Assembly: GCA_963707915.1 (NCBI GenBank)
Contig: OY970178.1
Span: 2,912,001-2,976,000 of the forward strand
Length of the DNA: 64,000 nucleotides
DNA from: Candidatus Eiseniibacteriota bacterium
GTDB lineage: Bacteria; Eisenbacteria; RBG-16-71-46
Reading direction: 5' to 3'
Part shown: positions 57,913 to 64,000 of the stretch, piece by piece
Numbering within the stretch: the first letter of the stretch is position 1
Layout: every line of letters starts with the position of its first letter
The notes under the pieces: model-generated
Told to the model about the DNA's origin: nothing
What the model saw: only the letters and a program-made list of their open reading frames with translations
Databases searched by the model: none
Position numbers and translations under genes: made by a program

Positions 57913-59411
57913 CCGCGAACGCGGCGCCGCCGGGACCCCCGGACCCGCGCATCGCGCGGGCACGCCGAGCGCGGGCGAGGGCGCCGCGCCGCCTCGCGCT
58001 CGGCGCGGGCGCGCTGCTGCTCGCGCTGGCGGCCGGTGCGCCGCCGGCGGCGCGGACCGCCCCGCCGGCCACCGCCGGGGCCCCGCAGATCCCGTTCCCG
58101 GCGCTGGAGTCGGCGCCGGTGTCACGCACCGGGGACGTGGCGCACATCGGTGCGAACGACCTCGCGCGCCTGCTCGAGGCGACCAAGTTCTGGCGCTCCG
58201 ATCTGCGCAAGCTCGTGCTGCGTGCGGGCCCGCACCGGGTGACGCTCGCCGCGGACAATCCCTTCGCCGTCGTGGACGACCGCACCGTGTGGCTGCGCGC
58301 CCCGGTGACGTCGCGGCGCGGCGAGCTGCAGGTGCCGGTCGCGCTGCTCGACCAGCTGCCCCGCGACAGCACGCTCGCGCGGCTGATCTTCGAGCCCCGC
58401 CGCGGCGTCGTGGTCCGGGTGCCGCGCGGCGGCCTGGTGCGGAGTCCCGAGGTGACCGCCGGCGACACGCTGACGCGCGTGGTGTTCCCGGCCGAGCGCG
58501 TGCCGGAGCTCGCGGTGGTGGGCCGGGCGCGGGGCCACTTCCGCGTGCGCCTGGCCGGGACGTTCGTGGGCGCGGTGCCCGAGTCGCTGCCGCCCGCCAG
58601 CCTGGTGCGGCGGATCACCGCGCTCGGGTCGGCCTCGGGCAGCGTCTTCGAGCTGGAGGTGGCGTCCGGCGCGGCGGGCTACCGGCTGCGGCCCGCCGCG
58701 ACCGATGCCGCACCCGGTGCGCTGACCCTCGAGTTCCCGCGCGCGTGGCGCGCCGGGCTCGAGGAATTCGCACTCGAGGCCCGGCCGTCGCGCGTGCGGG
58801 TGATCGTGCTCGACCCGGGCCACGGCGGCCCCGACGCGGGCGTGACGGTGGGGACCGACGTCGAGAAGGACCTCGCGCTGGCGCTCGCGCGGCTGGTGCG
58901 CACCGAGCTCGCGCTCCGTCTCGGGGCGCAGGTCGTGCTGACGCGCGACCAGGACCGGGCGCTGACGCCCGAGCAGCGCGCCGAGATCGCGAACCGCGCG
59001 CGCGCCGACCTGGTGGTGTCGCTCCACTTCGACGCGGTACCGGGCACCCAGCGCTCGGGCGCGACGGCGTGGTGCCCGCCCGCCGGGGTCGGCGCGCGCG
59101 ACGGTCCGCTCTCGCCGCGCGCGCCCCTGGTGCTGCTGCCGTGGCGCGAGGTCGCGCTGCGCCGGGCGGTGCTGGGCCGCGCGGCCGCGGAGGCGGTCCT
59201 GGGCGCGCTGGACGCGGCCGGCGCGGGGCCGGTGCGGCTGCGCGAGCGACTCATGGTGCCCCTGCTCGGGGTGGACGCGGCAGGCCTCGTGCTCGACTGC
59301 GCGACGCTCAGCGCGATCCCCGACCGGCTCCGCGTGGAGGACCCGCGCGGGCTGCAGGAACTGGCCGCCGCCATCGCCGCGGGCGTGGCGCGCTGGGCGG
59401 CGGGCGGATGA
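57909..59411 (+). CDS. N-acetylmuramoyl-L-alanine amidase (Amidase_3); start uncertain (CTG 57909 or GTG 58119)
   Basis: IVLDPGHGG.D.G, EKDLAL, LTRDQD, RAEIAN, VSLH; a signal peptide exists only if translation starts upstream of 58119. Confidence 0.8.
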   Translation: MTANAAPPGPPDPRIARARRARARAPRRLALGAGALLLALAAGAPPAARTAPPATAGAPQIPFPALESAPVSRTGDVAHIGANDLARLLEATKFWRSDLRKLVLRAGPHRVTLAADNPFAVVDDRTVWLRAPVTSRRGELQVPVALLDQLPRDSTLARLIFEPRRGVVVRVPRGGLVRSPEVTAGDTLTRVVFPAERVPELAVVGRARGHFRVRLAGTFVGAVPESLPPASLVRRITALGSASGSVFELEVASGAAGYRLRPAATDAAPGALTLEFPRAWRAGLEEFALEARPSRVRVIVLDPGHGGPDAGVTVGTDVEKDLALALARLVRTELALRLGAQVVLTRDQDRALTPEQRAEIANRARADLVVSLHFDAVPGTQRSGATAWCPPAGVGARDGPLSPRAPLVLLPWREVALRRAVLGRAAAEAVLGALDAAGAGPVRLRERLMVPLLGVDAAGLVLDCATLSAIPDRLRVEDPRGLQELAAAIAAGVARWAAGG

Positions 59412-60001
59412 GCCGGGTCCCCGCGAGCGAGACTCCCGTGCGCCCACGGCGTGGCGCGCGCGTGGCGTGGCTCATCCTTGGCGGGCTGATTCTCGCTGTG
59501 CTAGCGTGGGCCGCGTGGCGCTGGAGCCGTCGCGACGGCGAGGTGACGGTCGTGGATACCGCGGCCGCGGACTCCGCGGGCACCGGCTTCCAGTCGGCGC
59601 GGCTCTGGTTCGTGACGCGCGAAGGCGAGGCGCTGGTGAGCGAGCCGCGCGAGGTCATCCAGCAGGCCGGGCTGCACGACCGCGTCGCGACGCTGCTGGA
59701 GGAGCTGGTGCGGGGGCCGACGGGCGCGGGCCTGACGCTGCTGCCCGCGGGGACGACGCTGCGGCACGCCTACCTGGACGACCGCGGGCTGCTCACGCTG
59801 GACCTGTCGGGCGCGTTCCGCACCGGGTTCCGCGGCGGAGCGGGGGCCGAGGAACTGGCGGTGGGCGCGCTGGTGCGCACGCTGGGCGACAACCTGCCCG
59901 AGGTGAAGCGCGTGACGATCGTGTGCGAGGGCGTCCCGCTGGCGAGCCTGGGCGGGCACCTGCCGCTCGACCGGCCGCTCGAGCTCGCGGACTGGCCATG
60001 A
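59408..60001 (+). CDS. GerMN-domain membrane protein
   Basis: ATGA overlap; single TM; LWF, LVSE.R, ELVRGP, LPAGT, LDLS, LVRTL..N.P.V..V.I, L.GH. Confidence 0.8.
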   Translation: MSRVPASETPVRPRRGARVAWLILGGLILAVLAWAAWRWSRRDGEVTVVDTAAADSAGTGFQSARLWFVTREGEALVSEPREVIQQAGLHDRVATLLEELVRGPTGAGLTLLPAGTTLRHAYLDDRGLLTLDLSGAFRTGFRGGAGAEELAVGALVRTLGDNLPEVKRVTIVCEGVPLASLGGHLPLDRPLELADWP

Positions 60002-60020
60002 GAGCTGGGGGAGGAGCGGC

Positions 60021-60896
60021 GTGAGCGAGACCGGCGATCCACGGCCCATCGGGGTGTTCGACTCGGGCCTCGGCGGGTTGACCGCCGTGCGCGAGTTGTT
60101 CCGCGTGCTGCCCGGCGAGAGCGTGGTCTACTTCGGTGACACGGCGCGCGTGCCCTACGGCAGCAAGTCGCGCGAGACGGTGACGCGCTTCAGCCTCGAG
60201 ATCGCGCGCTTCCTCCTGCGCCAGGACATCAAGTGCCTGCTGGTGGCGTGCAACACCGCCTCCTCGTACGCGCTCGACACGCTCAAGCAGCGCTTCGAGA
60301 TCCCGGTGGTGGGGGTGATCGACCCGGCCGCGGGCGTCGCGGTCACCGGGGACGGCCGCGCGGCGCCGGTCGCGGGCGGCGCGCCGCCGCCGCGCATCGG
60401 TGTCATCGGCACGCAGGCCACGGTCGCCAGTGGCGCCTACGCCCGCGCGCTGGAGCAACTCGCCCCCGGCGTCACGGTGCTCTCGCGGGCCTGCCCGCTG
60501 TTCGTGCCGCTCATCGAGGAGGGCTGGCTCGACCACCCGGTGCTGCGCCAGGTGGCCGAGGAGTATCTCGGCGCCCTGCGCGACGAGCGGCTCGACGGCC
60601 TGATCCTCGGCTGCACGCACTACCCGCTGATCGCGCCCCTGCTGCAGGACGTCATCGGGGCCCGCGTGCGGCTCATCGACTCGGGCGCGGAGGCCGCGCT
60701 CGCCACCGCCGGCCTGTTGCGCCGCCGCGGCCTGCTCGCCGGTGCGGACCGCGCGCCGCGACACCACTTCTACCTGAGCGACCAGCGGCTCGACTTCGAG
60801 CGCGTCGCCCGGGCCTTCCTGGGACGCGAACTGCCGCCCACCGCGATCGTGGACCAGACCGACCTGCCGTGGTTCGAGCGTTCGATCCCGCATTGA
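60021..60896 (+). CDS. murI: Glutamate racemase
   Basis: [35 protein letters not shown]. Confidence 0.96.
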   Translation: MSETGDPRPIGVFDSGLGGLTAVRELFRVLPGESVVYFGDTARVPYGSKSRETVTRFSLEIARFLLRQDIKCLLVACNTASSYALDTLKQRFEIPVVGVIDPAAGVAVTGDGRAAPVAGGAPPPRIGVIGTQATVASGAYARALEQLAPGVTVLSRACPLFVPLIEEGWLDHPVLRQVAEEYLGALRDERLDGLILGCTHYPLIAPLLQDVIGARVRLIDSGAEAALATAGLLRRRGLLAGADRAPRHHFYLSDQRLDFERVARAFLGRELPPTAIVDQTDLPWFERSIPH

Positions 60897-60957
60897 GCGG
60901 TACCGGCGCCCGTCCGGCCGCCGCCTGGCGCGGGCCCCCGCAAGAGAGGAGTCCTTC

Positions 60958-61731
60958 GTGACCGAGATGCCCGGGCCCGACCCCGCCGGCGCCGAGTCCG
61001 TCCGGGTCCGCCCCGACGGCCGCGCGCCGCGCGCGATGCGCCCGCTGAAGATCGAGCGCGGCGCCCTGCCCACCGCGGAGGGCTCGGCGCTGGTGACGAT
61101 GGGGCGCACGCGCGTGCTGTGCAGCGCGACGGTCGAGGACCGCGTCCCGGGATGGATGCGCGGCAAGAGCGGCGGCTGGGTGACCGCCGAGTACGGCATG
61201 CTGCCGCGGGCGACCACCGACCGCACGCCGCGCAGCGCGCAGGCCGGCGGCCGCACCCACGAGATCCAGCGCCTGATCGGGCGCTCGCTGCGCGCGGTCA
61301 CCGACCTCAAGGCCTTCGGCGAGCGCACCGTCATCCTCGACTGCGACGTGCTCGAGGCCGACGCCGGGACGCGGACGGCGGCGATCAACGGCGCCTTCGT
61401 CGCGCTGCACGACGCGTTCCTGAAGCTCTCGAACGCGGGCCAGCTGAAGCGCCCGCCGTTCCGGGACACGGTCGCGGCGATCTCGGTGGGCCTGGTCGCG
61501 GGCGTGCCCTGCCTGGACCTCTGCTATGCCGAGGACTCGAAGGCCGAGGTGGACATGAACGTGGTGATGACCGGGGCGGGGCGCTTCGTCGAGGTCCAGG
61601 GCACGGGGGAGAGCACCACCTTCGACGCGGCGGAGCTGCGCGCGCTGCTCGCGCTCGCGCGTCTCGGCATCCGCCGGGTCACCGCCTCCCAGCGCCGGCT
61701 GCTCGGGGACTCCGGGCTGCTGCCGGGCTGA
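60958..61731 (+). CDS. rph: Ribonuclease PH
   Basis: [60 protein letters not shown]. Confidence 0.96.
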   Translation: MTEMPGPDPAGAESVRVRPDGRAPRAMRPLKIERGALPTAEGSALVTMGRTRVLCSATVEDRVPGWMRGKSGGWVTAEYGMLPRATTDRTPRSAQAGGRTHEIQRLIGRSLRAVTDLKAFGERTVILDCDVLEADAGTRTAAINGAFVALHDAFLKLSNAGQLKRPPFRDTVAAISVGLVAGVPCLDLCYAEDSKAEVDMNVVMTGAGRFVEVQGTGESTTFDAAELRALLALARLGIRRVTASQRRLLGDSGLLPG

Positions 61732-61781
61732 GCGCGGGCATCCCGGCGCCGGGACCGCCGGCGCGCACCCGGAGGGACCTC

Positions 61782-62387
61782 GTGGACTTCGTCCTCGCCA
61801 CCTTCAACCGTGACAAGCTGCGGGAGCTCGCCGTACTGCTGGACCTGCCCGGCGTCGCGCTGCACGCGCTCTACGACGTGCCCGGTGCGGTCGCGCCCGA
61901 GGAGACCGGGACCACGCTGCGCGAGAACGCGCTGCTGAAGGCGCGCGCGGCGCTGGCGCTCACGGGCCGGCCGGCGCTCGCCGACGACACCGGCCTCGAG
62001 GTGGACGCGCTCGGCGGACGGCCCGGCCTCCACGCCGCGCGCTACGCCGGCCCGCGCGCCACCTATGCCGACAACCGCGCGAAGCTGCTGGCCGAGCTGG
62101 ACGGGGTCGAGCCCGCGCGCCGTACCGCGCGCTTCCGCTGCGCCTGCGTGGCCTGCCTGCCGGACGGGCGCGAGCTGGTGGCCGAGGGCGTGCTCGAGGG
62201 CCGCATCGCGGCGGCGCCGCGCGGGGAGAGCGGGTTCGGCTACGATTCCCTGTTCGAGGTCGGGGACCTGGGCCGCACCATGGCCGAGCTGTCCGAGGCC
62301 GAGAAGAACGCGCTGTCGCACCGCGCCCGCGCGGTGCACGCGCTGGCGGCACTGCTGACGCGGGCGCTGCCCGGGCTCGGGGGCTGA
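61782..62387 (+). CDS. rdgB: Non-canonical purine NTP pyrophosphatase RdgB/HAM1
   Basis: GGAGG before GTG; LAT.N..KLRE, ENALLKA, ADDTGL, GFGYD..F, KNALSHR. Confidence 0.94.
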   Translation: MDFVLATFNRDKLRELAVLLDLPGVALHALYDVPGAVAPEETGTTLRENALLKARAALALTGRPALADDTGLEVDALGGRPGLHAARYAGPRATYADNRAKLLAELDGVEPARRTARFRCACVACLPDGRELVAEGVLEGRIAAAPRGESGFGYDSLFEVGDLGRTMAELSEAEKNALSHRARAVHALAALLTRALPGLGG

Positions 62388-62400
62388 GCGGGGGGCTTCG

Positions 62401-62461
62401 CGCGCAGAAGAGACGAGCCCGCGGCGGGGATCCCCTGTCGCGGGCTCGTCTCTTCTGCGCG
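62401..62461. terminator. Long palindromic hairpin between convergent genes
   Basis: 23-bp perfect inverted repeat CGCGCAGAAGAGACGAGCCCGCG extended inward by G-T pairs. Confidence 0.7.
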
Positions 62462-62469
62462 TCCGCGCG

Positions 62470-64000
62470 CTACCTGATCACCGCCACCCGCGTCACTCGC
62501 GCGTTCGCGCCCTGCGTCAGCCGCACCAGGTAAAGCCCGGGCGCGAGCCGTGCGCCCTCGCCGAGGTCGAGCGCGTGGGGGCCGGCGCCGAGCGAGCCGA
62601 CCTCGCGGGCGGCCACGCGCCGGCCGGCGACGTCGAGCAGCTCGAGCGCGGCGGGCGCGTCGCCCGCGAGCGCGAAGCGCACGGTCAGCGCGCTGCCGCT
62701 GCGCGCGGGGTTCGGGCGCACCGGCTCGAGCGCGAACGCGGGCGCGGCGCCGTGCGTGCCCGGGACGTCGGCGGTGCCGGGATTGCCGTCCTGGTCCACC
62801 CGCTGGGCGTAGATGTCGCCGCCGCCGCTGCGCCCGTCGGCCCAGGCGGCGATGATCCCGCGCGCGCCGTCCGACACCGCGCTCCCCAGCACCTGCGAGC
62901 CCGCGGCGGAGCAGACCGGCATGCCGCCGGCGCCCCACAGCACGGTGCCGTCGCCGGCGACCTGCTGGGCGTAGACGTCCTGGGTCGCGTTGCGCGAGTC
63001 GGTCCAGGCGACGAGCGCGCCGCCCGCGCCGTTCGCGACGATGGCGGGGTACCACTGGGTGCCGGGGGCGGTGCACAGCGCCACGCCGTTGGCGGCCCAC
63101 TGGACCGCGCCGGCGGCCGAGAGCTTCTGCGCGTAGATGTCGTAGCTGGCGCCGCGCTGGTCGAACCACGCGACGATGGCCGTGCCCGAGGCATCGGCCA
63201 CGATGGCCGGGTAGTACTGGTGGCCGGCGGCGGTACAGAGCGCCACGCCGTTGGCGGTCCACTGGACCGTGCCGGCGGGCGAGATCCGCTGGGCGTAGAC
63301 GTCGTAGTCGCTGCCGCGCTGGTCGAACCAGGTGACGATCGCCCCGGACCCGGCGGCCGGGCTGTCGGCGGCGATGGCGGGGGAGTACTGGCCGCCGGCC
63401 GCGGCGCAGATGGCCACGCCGCCGGCGGTCCACTGGACCGCGCCGGCGGCCGAGACCTTCTGCGCGTAGATGTCGTAGTTGCCGGCGCGGTAGTCGTCCC
63501 ACGCGACGATGGCCCCGCCCGCGCCGTCCGCGGTCATGGCGAGGCTCTCCTGCCAGCCGGCGGCGGTGCAGAGCGCCACGCCGTCGGCGGTCCACTGGAC
63601 CGCGCCGGCGGCCGAGATGCGCTGGGCGTAGACGTCGTCGTCGCTGCTGCTGCGCTGGTCCTGCCAGGCGACGATGGCCCCGCCCGCGCCGTCGGGAGCG
63701 ATGACCGGGCTCCACTGGTTGCCGGCGGCGGCGCAGAGGGCCACGCCGTCGGCGGTCCACTGGATCGCGCCGCCGGCCGAGACGCGCTGGGCGTAGACGT
63801 CGTACCCGGCGCCGCCGCGGTCGTCCTGCCAGGCGACGATGGCGCCTCCCGTGCCGTCCGGGGCGATGGCGGGGGCCAGCTGGTTGCCGACGATGGTGCA
63901 CAAGGCGACACCGTCGGCGGTCCACAGCACCGTGCCCGTGGCCGAGATCCGCTGGGCGTAGATGCCGCCGTAACCGTTGCGGCGGTCGACCCAGGTGACG
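62470..64000 (-). CDS. Repeat (beta-propeller-like) protein with C-terminal CTD-like domain; 5' end lies outside the window
   Basis: At least six ~64-aa repeats W(T/A)AxGVALCxxxGxQxxPxIxxDGxGGAIVxWxDxR..D(V/I)YAQ; CTD RPNP..LLDVAGRRV..PGLY..VAVIR. Confidence 0.85.
   Translation of the reverse strand, partial: VTWVDRRNGYGGIYAQRISATGTVLWTADGVALCTIVGNQLAPAIAPDGTGGAIVAWQDDRGGAGYDVYAQRVSAGGAIQWTADGVALCAAAGNQWSPVIAPDGAGGAIVAWQDQRSSSDDDVYAQRISAAGAVQWTADGVALCTAAGWQESLAMTADGAGGAIVAWDDYRAGNYDIYAQKVSAAGAVQWTAGGVAICAAAGGQYSPAIAADSPAAGSGAIVTWFDQRGSDYDVYAQRISPAGTVQWTANGVALCTAAGHQYYPAIVADASGTAIVAWFDQRGASYDIYAQKLSAAGAVQWAANGVALCTAPGTQWYPAIVANGAGGALVAWTDSRNATQDVYAQQVAGDGTVLWGAGGMPVCSAAGSQVLGSAVSDGARGIIAAWADGRSGGGDIYAQRVDQDGNPGTADVPGTHGAAPAFALEPVRPNPARSGSALTVRFALAGDAPAALELLDVAGRRVAAREVGSLGAGPHALDLGEGARLAPGLYLVRLTQGANARVTRVAVIR

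Overview
Very GC-rich, densely coded bacterial chromosomal segment with about 48 CDS, 45 of them on the + strand, and one tRNA-Leu(CAG). I found no CRISPR array, rRNA, integrase or transposase. Many secreted proteins end in a FlgD-Ig/T9SS-CTD-like domain and two end in a 'TWGxLKxxY' tail, which suggests an FCB-superphylum organism such as Ca. Eisenbacteria (inference, not a database result). Housekeeping genes: cutA, tsaD, priA, ilvC-like, HU, ltaE, rsmI, tmk, ctpA, dusB, ppdK, smpB, murI, rph, rdgB. Accessory modules: (i) a c-di-GMP/two-component operon (REC-GGDEF, a GAF-HisKA-HATPase-GAF-HD-GYP hybrid, a stand-alone REC); (ii) PIP-synthase-like gene plus ino1; (iii) larB-larC plus an orphan ECF-like double ATPase; (iv) a 16-kb cell-envelope locus (27.1-43.9 kb) with a 1464-aa CTD-tagged protein behind a strong promoter and long leader, two paralogous lipoproteins, another CTD protein, an S8 protease and two M16 homologues that both lack HxxEH; (v) a vWA / lamin-tail / putative outer-membrane protein cluster. 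The best candidates for undescribed biology are locus (iv), the TWGxLKxxY putative sorting signal, the pseudo-M16 pair and a ~185-nt structured intergenic element upstream of dusB. All functional calls come from motif recognition by eye. Several start codons were re-chosen from the ORF track using RBS and overlap evidence.
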